A model generated the notes under the pieces. It saw nothing but the letters and a program-made list of their open reading frames with translations, did no database searches and was not told the DNA's origin. DNA of 64,000 nt. Origin: an uncultured Verrucomicrobiae bacterium. GTDB taxonomy: Bacteria; Verrucomicrobiota; Verrucomicrobiia; Chthoniobacterales; Chthoniobacteraceae. Shown here in pieces: positions 56,460 to 64,000 of the stretch (the first letter of the stretch is position 1; each line of letters begins with the position of its first letter). The translations under genes were made by a program, and so were the position numbers. The stretch covers positions 704,001-768,000 of the forward strand of contig CAVYKI010000003.1 in assembly GCA_963769025.1 (NCBI GenBank), read 5' to 3'.

Positions 56460-57971
56460 CTACCGGCGCGGCTGCCGGTAGAGGGCGTTGATTTCCACCG
56501 GCGTGAGCGCGCGTTTGTACACCCGCACTTCGTCGATGATGCCGTCGAAGTTCTGCCATGTCCCGTCGTCCACCGCGCCGACGGTCGTCCACATTTTCTC
56601 CACCGGATAGTTCACCGTCTCCTCGGTCAGCACTTCACCTCCGAGTTCGCCATTCACGAAAATACGGAGGGCAGATTGGCTGGCCGAGATCTTTCCGATC
56701 GTGCCCGCCACGAAATACCACGTGTCGCGGGCGAGGGCCTTGGAAGAAGCGACACCGACGTGCTGGCTGAGCATCGGCGTGCCCTTTGGTGAGAGATAAA
56801 TCTCATTTTCGACGACCACAAATTTCACCCCCTTCGTGGCCGACCGATCCGAGCGGATCTCCATCCTCCCGTCGTTCAGGAGATGCAGCACCCACGAGTC
56901 GCGCCCGAACTGCGAGTCCCCGTGAAAAACGATCTGGCTGCCCCACCTCCGCGCAATGCCCGAATATTTCACCCACGCGGAAATCGTGAGATTCTCCGTC
57001 AGATCGAGCTTGGGATTCGCAGGCACAGTCATCGAGTCCCAGCGCACCTTGCGCGCGGAGGATGGATTCTTCCGCAGCCGGATCGCTTTTCCGAAAAGCC
57101 CGTCCACCATCTGCACGCCGCCATTCATCACGCCGTTGAGCTGGTTACCGCTCGCGTCGGAGCCGTTCCCCTGGTCGAAAGTCCAGCGCGCCACGAGGTC
57201 GGCCGTCGCGGGTTCCGTGAACGCCTGCCCCGCCGCCGGAACTGCCGCCGCCGCATACACCGCAAGCGGCGCCGGCGTGGTGGAAGTCCCCGCCTTTGTA
57301 GTTGCCGTCACAGTCGCCGCCTTCGCCGGCTCGATGGACACCTTGCTCGCCACCGCGACCTGCTGGATGCTTTTCACCAGCGGATTTTCCGGGCTCAGCG
57401 GGTCGCCGAGCACGCGCGCAAGTTCCGCCAGTTCCTCCTTCACCGGCGTCCCCTCGATCACGACCGGGTAAAGCACGATTCCATGCACGCTCACGTCGCC
57501 CTTGATCCGCCGGATGACGATGCGCTCGGCCGTCGGGTACTTCTTCAGCGGGATGACAAAGGTGTCCGTCGAAACCTCGTTGCCCACGTCCACGATATTG
57601 CCAAAAAGATCCACGGCCACCACCTGCCCGGTCGCATCCGCGAGCTGGATGGCGATGTCCGCATTCTCGTTCCGGTCGAACAGGATCGTTGCCACGAGAT
57701 TGTGTTTCATCTTCTCGCGATCGATCACGAGCGTCAGCCGTCCGGCCCCCTCGCCCGCCCCGGCCCCGACCTCCCAGCGCCCCGGTTCATCCAGAAAGCG
57801 CCCGCCCTGCTGCTCGATGCGGCTCAGCCACGCCGGCGTTTCCTTGCCTGCGGAAACCTCGCCACTTCCAAATCGCGAATCAAAATTCAGCTCCACAGTC
57901 TCCGGTGCAGCCGCGGAAAGCGCAAACTGGAGGGCGGCCCCGAGGCTGAGGCAAATGGCGATGATGCGCAT
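56460..57971 (-). CDS. Secreted protein with C-terminal LamG/ConA-like jelly-roll domain
   Basis: Signal peptide MRIIAICLSLGAALQFALSAAA, LVARWTFDQGNGSDASGN, LTISAWVK, WYFVAGT, FDGIIDEVRVYKRALT. Confidence 0.8.
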   Translation of the reverse strand: MRIIAICLSLGAALQFALSAAAPETVELNFDSRFGSGEVSAGKETPAWLSRIEQQGGRFLDEPGRWEVGAGAGEGAGRLTLVIDREKMKHNLVATILFDRNENADIAIQLADATGQVVAVDLFGNIVDVGNEVSTDTFVIPLKKYPTAERIVIRRIKGDVSVHGIVLYPVVIEGTPVKEELAELARVLGDPLSPENPLVKSIQQVAVASKVSIEPAKAATVTATTKAGTSTTPAPLAVYAAAAVPAAGQAFTEPATADLVARWTFDQGNGSDASGNQLNGVMNGGVQMVDGLFGKAIRLRKNPSSARKVRWDSMTVPANPKLDLTENLTISAWVKYSGIARRWGSQIVFHGDSQFGRDSWVLHLLNDGRMEIRSDRSATKGVKFVVVENEIYLSPKGTPMLSQHVGVASSKALARDTWYFVAGTIGKISASQSALRIFVNGELGGEVLTEETVNYPVEKMWTTVGAVDDGTWQNFDGIIDEVRVYKRALTPVEINALYRQPRR

Positions 57972-58036
57972 TCGGCGAAAGTCCCAGCGCCGACAACACC
58001 CTTCAAGCACCAATCCGTGCCGCTCCCGCGAGGCGT

Positions 58037-58678
58037 TCATGCATCGTCCGGATGCCGGAGACGCAGCAGCGGGCGCACGGCCAGCCAGAGCAGCGGCGGC
58101 ACGAGCACGCTCAGCGCAATCGCGAGCCGAGGCCGGTCCTGCCCGGCCGCGCCGATCGCGGCATAGACAAATCCCATCGGAACCGCGCCGCACCCCAGCG
58201 CCGCGGCGAAGATGCGCAGCGGCATCCGGGTCAACCCCGCGAGGCACGAGATCACCTCCGGCAAAAGCGGCAGCCATCGCGAAGCCGCAACCAGCCACGG
58301 ACCGCTGCGCTGGAAGAGCGTCTCATGCCGCGTAAGTTCCGCTTCCCCGGCGAGTCGCGCCGCGATGCCGCGCCCAAACGCCCGGCAAAGCCCGTAGCCC
58401 GCCATGCCCGCCGCGAACGAACCGACGACACTGATCATCCCTCCGATCAGTGGCCCGTACAGATAGCCGCTGGCGGCCATGACGGCTGTCGCGGGCAGCG
58501 GCAAAACCAGATCCGAAACGAGCAGCCCGATCACCGCGAGCCAGCCCCACCGGCCGCAGCCCCGAATCCACGCGATCGCCGCATCGCCGGTGAACCATTC
58601 CATGAACTGGCCTCCCCAAATGACAAAAGGGATGCAGAGCACGATCGCGAAAACGATGGCGGTGACGAGCAGGCGCAT
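58037..58678 (-). CDS. DedA/VTT (TVP38/TMEM64) family membrane protein
   Basis: SDLVLPLPATAVMAASGYLYG, GYGLCRAFG, SRWLPLLPEVISCLAGLTRM. Confidence 0.85.
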   Translation of the reverse strand: MRLLVTAIVFAIVLCIPFVIWGGQFMEWFTGDAAIAWIRGCGRWGWLAVIGLLVSDLVLPLPATAVMAASGYLYGPLIGGMISVVGSFAAGMAGYGLCRAFGRGIAARLAGEAELTRHETLFQRSGPWLVAASRWLPLLPEVISCLAGLTRMPLRIFAAALGCGAVPMGFVYAAIGAAGQDRPRLAIALSVLVPPLLWLAVRPLLRLRHPDDA

Positions 58679-58722
58679 GGCGTCCGCAACCTCGTAGGGA
58701 TCGCGCCGCGCAATGTCACGCC
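58630..58722. repeat. Diverged ~93-bp direct repeat, copy 1 (DedA start and upstream region)
   Basis: Ungapped alignment with 60241-60333 gives 68/93 identical by hand count. Confidence 0.7.
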
Positions 58723-58870
58723 GCCGCGGATGGCGGTTCATTTTCAAAATCAAAGTCATCCTGAACTCGGGCAGGACGCGGCAACGGATGGCCGCGCGCC
58801 GTGACGGGTTCCGCTTGCCGGGAGACCGCTGCGTCTGGGAAAGAGCAGCGCGCGCAGACACCGCACCAGG

Positions 58871-60205
58871 ATGAACATCACCGCCAATCCCCCGCCAGCC
58901 GCCGGCCACGTGCGCTGGGTCGTTTGCGGCCTGCTCTTTCTGGCCACGGTGATCAACTACATCGACCGCCAGGTCATCGCGCTGCTGAAGGGGCCGTTGC
59001 AGGGGGAATTCAAACTCAGCGAGGTGGACTACGCCGCGATCGTCTTCAGCTTCCAGTTCGCGTACGCGATCGGCTTCCCGCTGGCCGGGCGCATCATGGA
59101 CACGCTCGGCACGCGGCGCGGATTCGCGCTGGCCGTCGGCGTCTGGAGCGTCGCGGCAATGGCGCACGCCGCCGCGCATTGGTTCCCCGGATTGCAGATG
59201 CCGACACTGCTCCTCAACCCGCCGTCCATCGTGATGCTCGTCGGCGCGGCGGCGGGCTTTGCGGTCGCACGCTTTGCGCTCGGGCTCGGCGAGGCGGGAA
59301 ATTTCCCCGCGTGCGTGAAGACCGTCGCCGAGTGGTTCCCGCGCCGGGAGCGGGCATTTGCCACCGGCATCGTCATCTCCGGCGGCAACGTCGGCGCCAT
59401 CCTCGCTCCGCTCACCGTTCCCTGGATCACCGTGCAATGGGGCTGGCAATGGGCCTTCGTCATCACCGGTGCCATCGGCTTTCTGTGGCTCGCACTGTGG
59501 CTCGCCGTCTATCGTGCGCCGGGCGAACACCGCAGCGTCTCCGCCGCCGAGCTCGCGCACATCCGCAGCGACCCGCCCGATGCGCCGGGCAAAGTGCCAT
59601 GGCTCCGGCTCCTCCCGCACCGGCAGACATGGGCGTTCTCCCTCGGCAAATTCCTCACCGACCCCATCTGGTGGCTGTATCTGTTTTGGATCCCCGATTT
59701 CCTCTCGCGCAACCACGGCCTCGACATCACCAAAATGGGCCCGCCCATCGTGATCATCTACCTCGTCTCCGACGCCGGGAGCATCGCCGGCGGCTGGTTT
59801 TCCTCCGCGCTGATCAAGCGCGGCTGGACCGTGAACGCAGCGCGCAAGACCGCCCTCCTCGTCTGCGCGCTCGCCGTCATCCCCATCGTCTTCGCCGCGA
59901 AGACCACCAATCTCTGGGTCGCCGTCGGCCTCCTCTCGCTCGCCGCCGCCGCGCATCAGGCCTGGGCCGCGAATCTCTTCACCGCCGCCTCCGACATGTT
60001 CCCGCGCCAGGCCGTCGGCTCCGTCGTCGGCATCGGCGGAATGGCGGGCGGCATCGGCGGGATGCTGATCGCACTCGTCGTCGGCCAGATTCTCGAGCGC
60101 ACCCGCAGCTACGACTCCATTTTCATCATCGCCGGCTCCGCCTACCTCGTGGCGCTGCTGGTCATCCACCTCCTCGCCCCGAAGATGAAACCGGCGGATG
60201 TGTAA
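58871..60205 (+). CDS. MFS transporter, ExuT-like (hexuronate/sugar-acid) family
   Basis: RWVVCGLLFLATVINYIDRQ, LGLGEAGNFPA..KTVAEWFPRRERA, GKFLTDPIWWLYLFWIP, AAHQAWAANLFT. Confidence 0.88.
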   Translation: MNITANPPPAAGHVRWVVCGLLFLATVINYIDRQVIALLKGPLQGEFKLSEVDYAAIVFSFQFAYAIGFPLAGRIMDTLGTRRGFALAVGVWSVAAMAHAAAHWFPGLQMPTLLLNPPSIVMLVGAAAGFAVARFALGLGEAGNFPACVKTVAEWFPRRERAFATGIVISGGNVGAILAPLTVPWITVQWGWQWAFVITGAIGFLWLALWLAVYRAPGEHRSVSAAELAHIRSDPPDAPGKVPWLRLLPHRQTWAFSLGKFLTDPIWWLYLFWIPDFLSRNHGLDITKMGPPIVIIYLVSDAGSIAGGWFSSALIKRGWTVNAARKTALLVCALAVIPIVFAAKTTNLWVAVGLLSLAAAAHQAWAANLFTAASDMFPRQAVGSVVGIGGMAGGIGGMLIALVVGQILERTRSYDSIFIIAGSAYLVALLVIHLLAPKMKPADV

Positions 60206-60240
60206 GGCCTCCCGCCACCGGCGCGGCTGCTGCGAGAACG

Positions 60241-60333
60241 GGATGCAGAGCACGAGGGCGAAAATCACGGCAGCCGCGAGCAGGCGCGTGGCTTCGGGAA
60301 GCTCCTGCCGCCGCCTCCCCGCGATGTCACGCC
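60241..60333. repeat. Diverged ~93-bp direct repeat, copy 2 (decayed DedA 5' remnant)
   Basis: Minus strand reads TRLLAAAVIFALVLCIPF versus DedA MRLLVTAIVFAIVLCIPF, with ATG changed to ACG. Confidence 0.7.
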
Positions 60334-61304
60334 AGCGGCAGCGCAGCGCCGGCCCGGCTCAGCGCATCGTGAAGACGCTGCACAGCGGCGGCTCCGGGAT
60401 GCACCGTTCCATTTCCCATCTCCTCGACGAAATGGCATGAAGCGTAGCCGGTCGCCTTCCTCTCATATTCCTCCACCCACTGCCGCCGCGTGGGCAACTG
60501 CTCCGGCGCAACCGGCCACACGCCGGGCCTCGGTCGCAGGTGGTCGGTGATGCCGATGCGCCACGGCTTCGGGCTCACGCGGGCGCGGAAGCAGTGCTGA
60601 TTCCCGCACATCCGCACATACACCGGGTCGGTCCCCAGCGCCGCGAAGAACTCCGCCACCGCCGGCTCCGCCGGGTCGAAGGTCCGGTGCATCGCCAGCA
60701 CACGAAATCCCGCCGGCGTCCGGTAAAGCCGCAGCCGCCAGTCGGGGTGTGCCGCCGCAAAAGCCGCGATCCGTTTCCGCGCGCGTTTCTCCGCGCCGCC
60801 GCTCGCGCGGTCCCGCGCACGGTGGAGCACCTTCGCAACCTTTGGCGCGAGCAGCAGCGCCACGGCTGCCCCGATGAGGCCCGCCTTTACGGAATGCCGG
60901 CTCCACCCCAGCCCGATCGCCACCACGAGGAAGAGCAGCAGCACCGCGCAAGTCATGCGCACCCCCGAAGACCCGGTGAAATCCACATCCGCAAAAAGCA
61001 CATCCGGCGTATTCAGGCACTGCGCGCCGTAGCTGTTGCGCGTGATGATCACCCCGCCCTCCCGCCGCAGGATCTCCTCGCGGATGGGCACTCCGGCCGC
61101 GCCATTGTAGGGCACCTTCGGCTCGCGGCGATCGATCGCCTCGCCGGTCGCCACCCGCTGGAAAGCGTCCTTGGCCCGCGCCACCGCGAGCGCCTGCGCC
61201 TCCTCCTGGCTCACATCGGACCAGCCAAAGCGCCGCACCGTGATCTGCTTTTTCCCCGAGCGATACTGGATGCGTTCTTCAGCCCAAAATTGCGGGACTA
61301 TCAT
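60327..61304 (-). CDS. Hypothetical membrane protein
   Basis: 325-aa ORF with two central hydrophobic helices and motifs RRFGWSD, ITRNSYGA.CLNTPDVLFADVD, LYRTPAGFRV, CFRARVSPKPWR. Confidence 0.75.
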   Translation of the reverse strand: MIVPQFWAEERIQYRSGKKQITVRRFGWSDVSQEEAQALAVARAKDAFQRVATGEAIDRREPKVPYNGAAGVPIREEILRREGGVIITRNSYGAQCLNTPDVLFADVDFTGSSGVRMTCAVLLLFLVVAIGLGWSRHSVKAGLIGAAVALLLAPKVAKVLHRARDRASGGAEKRARKRIAAFAAAHPDWRLRLYRTPAGFRVLAMHRTFDPAEPAVAEFFAALGTDPVYVRMCGNQHCFRARVSPKPWRIGITDHLRPRPGVWPVAPEQLPTRRQWVEEYERKATGYASCHFVEEMGNGTVHPGAAAVQRLHDALSRAGAALPLA

Positions 61305-61391
61305 GCCATCCCACTACCAGACCCGTGCGCCTCACGGCGAGCGCGTGCTTGAAACCTCAGCGAAATTCCGAGGATGAAGCCGCGGGAGGAA

Positions 61392-61449
61392 CCACGGATG
61401 GAAGAATTCTCCTCTGCAAACCATCCGTGGCATCCGTGCAATTCGCGGT
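61392..61449. repeat. REP-like palindromic element
   Basis: ccacggatgg (61392-61401) and ccatccgtgg (61421-61430) form a perfect 10-bp inverted repeat, followed by a second catccgtg unit. Confidence 0.55.
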
Positions 61450-62078
61450 CAAATATCCGCCCCATCCTTGTGCGGGTGACCGTCGTGGATGTCTCTGTTT
61501 TCCCGCCCCGCCTTGTAGCCCTTGCAATACCCATCCGACTCGTCCACCGGCTGCCTGTTTTTCAGGTCCACATCATTCGCGCTCTCCCCCGTGCCCCAGC
61601 CGAAAAGCCGCTGAAAGAGGGGCATCAGCCTGCTCGCCTTGATCTGCTCCAGGAAGTACACCTCGTGCTCCTTCTCCTTCATCCCCATCTCATAGAGCAT
61701 CGCATCGTGCTCCGTGATGCCCAGCGAGTGAAAGTGCCGCATCATCACAAAGTATTCGCACACATTCCCGCTCTCCAATTTCCCCGCGAAAAAGAACGGC
61801 ATGAACCGCCCGATGACATGGCAGCTCGCCGAGATGATCCGCCCGATGACGTGCAGCTTCACCTCCAGCCAGCGCGACACCGGCACCTCGTAGCGCCGCA
61901 TCAGCCCCAGCACATTCTCGCGGTGCTTCCACTCATCCGCCTCGATCTGCCGCACCGCCCCCTTCGCCGCCGGATCCCGCAGCGAACGCGCATGCCCGAT
62001 GTACGCAAACGCCGCCGCCTTCTCCCCCGAGTAGGCCCTCTGCAAAAGTTTCACCAGCGCGGGATGGTCGAGCTTCAT
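61449..62078 (-). CDS. Ferritin-like di-iron protein (Coq7/rubrerythrin-like fold)
   Basis: E...ExxH...E...ExxH pattern: AYSGEKAA, DEWKH, KLESGN, KEKEH. Confidence 0.75.
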   Translation of the reverse strand: MKLDHPALVKLLQRAYSGEKAAAFAYIGHARSLRDPAAKGAVRQIEADEWKHRENVLGLMRRYEVPVSRWLEVKLHVIGRIISASCHVIGRFMPFFFAGKLESGNVCEYFVMMRHFHSLGITEHDAMLYEMGMKEKEHEVYFLEQIKASRLMPLFQRLFGWGTGESANDVDLKNRQPVDESDGYCKGYKAGRENRDIHDGHPHKDGADI

Positions 62079-62138
62079 GACGCCTGAAGCCTGATGCAAC
62101 GAACGTGGCGCGACAACCCCCGTTCCCCGTGCGCTCGA

Positions 62139-62446
62139 TCATACCCGCCGTTTCCAATGTCTGTCGTGACGCGCAGCGCGGAGAACCGCGGCCACGATCA
62201 CTGTCCGCTCAGCCTCCAGCACTTCGTAAATAATGCGGTAGGGGAAACGGTCGGGGTATCGCCAGCGGATGTCTTCGCCGGGTGTCGATGGCTGTTCAGC
62301 AGCGGGTTGTCGCCCAGCGCGTCATAAATCCGGAAGACTTCTTCGATGAATTCCGCGCCGAGCCCCGCGCGCCGGTCTTCATACCACGTGGCAGCCTCGG
62401 CCATGTCCCGCTCCACTTCGGGGCGGAACTCCACACGCCAGTTCAT
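62139..62446 (-). pseudogene. RelE/ParE-family toxin, frameshifted near 62273
   Basis: MNWRVEFRPEVERDMAEAATWYEDRRAGLGAEF continues in another frame as DIRWRYPDRFPYRIIYEVLEAERTVIVAAVLRAARHDRHWKRRV*. Confidence 0.78.
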
Positions 62447-62611
62447 CACGGAAACCGGGAACGCAGGCGGGCCTTCATCTCGTCCAGAGGAACGGCCGAG
62501 TCCGGATTCCGATGATGCTCGGCGAGGCGTTCCTCCACCAGCTCCACATCCTCCGCCAGCAGCCCCGGCTCATCCAGTTCGAGCGCGCGACGGATCTTCT
62601 GCGAAGCTCAT
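62446..62611 (-). pseudogene. Addiction-module antitoxin-like gene, out-of-frame N-terminus (not in the ORF track)
   Basis: RRALELDEPGLLAEDVELVEERLAEHHRNPDSAVPLDEMKARLRSRFP* ends in TGATG coupled to the toxin start. The only nearby ATG (MSFAE, 62611) is out of frame. Confidence 0.6.
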
Positions 62612-62703
62612 GGCTGGAAGCTAGCCCGCGTCCGCGTCGGTGCCAGCGGGAAATGCGGGGTGAGTGCGAAGTGAACGTGTATTCCCAAAGGAATAATCAG
62701 TCT

Positions 62704-62729
62704 GTCCCCGCTTCTGGTCCCCGCTTCTG
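62704..62729. repeat. 13-bp perfect tandem repeat
   Basis: gtccccgcttctg x2. Confidence 0.7.
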
Positions 62730-62876
62730 ATTCTCGGCAGCAGGCCCGCTACAATGCAGAGGATCGGGATGAGAAGGCGCATCGGTGAGTTGTGACCAAA
62801 ACAAGCATCCGTGTTCTGGCAAACGCCAAACGCACCCCTTGCGCAAACGGTCGGCTTCCATAATGTCCGCGGCCCT

Positions 62877-64000
62877 ATGAGTACGACCACTGCACCGGAG
62901 AAACATGAATTTCAGGCGGAGATCGCGCAGCTCCTCGATCTCGTTGTCCATTCGCTTTACACCGACAAGGAGATCTTTGTCCGCGAGCTGATTTCCAATG
63001 CGGCGGATGCTTCGGAGAAGCTGCGCTTCCTGAAGACGAGCGGGCAGGAAATCACCGAGCCCGATGCGCCGCTGAAGGTGACCATCACGACGGATGACAC
63101 GGCGAAGACGATCACCTTCACGGATGCGGGCATCGGGATGTCGCACGGGGAGTTGATCGAGAATCTCGGGACCATCGCGCATTCCGGATCGAAGGCTTTC
63201 CTCGAGCAGCTCAAGGCGAAGGCCCAGGCTTCGGGAAGCGGGGCGGTGGATGCGACGCTCATCGGGCAGTTTGGCGTGGGCTTTTACTCGGCATTCATGG
63301 TGGCGGACAAAGTCACGGTTTACTCGAAGAGCTGCCGTCCGGGTGAGACGGGATGGAAGTGGAAGAGCGACGGAAAGTCGGGCTACGAGATCGAGGCTGC
63401 GGATGACCTTTGCCGCGCGGAACGAAAATCGTCCTGCATCTCAAGGACGATGAATTTGCGAAGGCTTACCGCATCGAGAGCATCATCAAGCGATACTCGA
63501 ACTTCGTGCCGCTGCCGATCGAGGTGAACGGGAAGGAAATCAACACGGTGCAGGCGCTGTGGACGCGCAACAAATCGGAGATCAAGGACACGGAATACGA
63601 CGAGTTTTACAAATACATCGGGCACGACGCGGAGGCGCCGCTCTACCGGCTGCACTTCAATGCGGACGCGCCGCTGGCGATCCGCGCGCTGCTGTTCATC
63701 CCGTCGAAGAACCTCGAACTGGCGACCTTCACGCGCGAGGAGCACCACGTGGATCTCTATTGCAAAAAGATCCTCATCCAGTCGCGCGCGAAGACGCTGC
63801 TGCCGGAGTGGACGCGCTTCCTGCGCGGCGTCGTGGACAGCGAGGATCTGCCGCTGAATATTTCGCGGGAGACGATGCAGGACAGCGCGCTGGTGGCAAA
63901 GCTGCGCGAGGTGCTGGTGAAGCGGCTGCTGAAATTCCTCGACGAGGAATCGAAGGCGGACGCGGACAAGTATGCGCGCTTTTTCAAGGAGCACGGCCAC
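62877..64000 (+). CDS. htpG: Molecular chaperone HtpG (Hsp90), 3'-partial, frameshift near 63412
   Basis: HEFQAEIAQLLDLVVHSLYTDKEIFVRELISNAADA, NLGTIAHSG, IGQFGVGFYSAFMVA; second frame IIKRYSNFVP, QALWTR, FLRGVVDSEDLPLNISRE. Confidence 0.95.

Noticed and set aside
58037..60268. 743-aa ORF as a single gene
   Set aside because: Mostly antisense to the MFS gene. Only the last 213 aa (DedA) are credible, and its start is the decayed repeat copy.
62836..62864. Sigma32-like heat-shock promoter before htpG (CCCTTGCG-N13-TCCATAAT)
   Set aside because: Partial match only, and RpoH is not established for this lineage.

Overview
High-GC chromosomal window, most likely from a Chthoniobacter-like verrucomicrobium. 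That placement is inferred from a Verru_Chthon cassette protein A, a PEP-CTERM protein and PSD1/DUF1501 gene pairs. The left half holds the 3' part of vccA (+) converging on one giant minus-strand gene (32332->4172, ~28.2 kb, ~9,380 aa once at least 13 apparent indels are repaired). That protein has a signal peptide, autotransporter-associated beta-strand repeats arranged in ~5.5-kb super-repeats, and a C-terminal PEP-CTERM anchor. Upstream lie a sigma70-like promoter, a perfect GTAGTG-N5-CACTAC palindrome and a co-directional NarL-type two-component pair. The middle holds two PSD1(DUF1549/DUF1553)-DUF1501 modules, a WD40 protein, a KamA radical SAM enzyme, an arylsulfotransferase-like lipoprotein with a 12-EF-hand array inserted inside its domain, and tRNA-Lys(CTT). 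The right holds priA, an SLT, uvrC (lacking the Cys cluster), dtd, amt-P-II under a sigma54 promoter, LamG, DedA, MFS, a ferritin-like protein, a decayed ParE toxin-antitoxin pair and htpG. Many conserved genes also carry frameshifts, so most indels are probably sequencing or assembly errors. All family calls come from motif recognition, not database searches.
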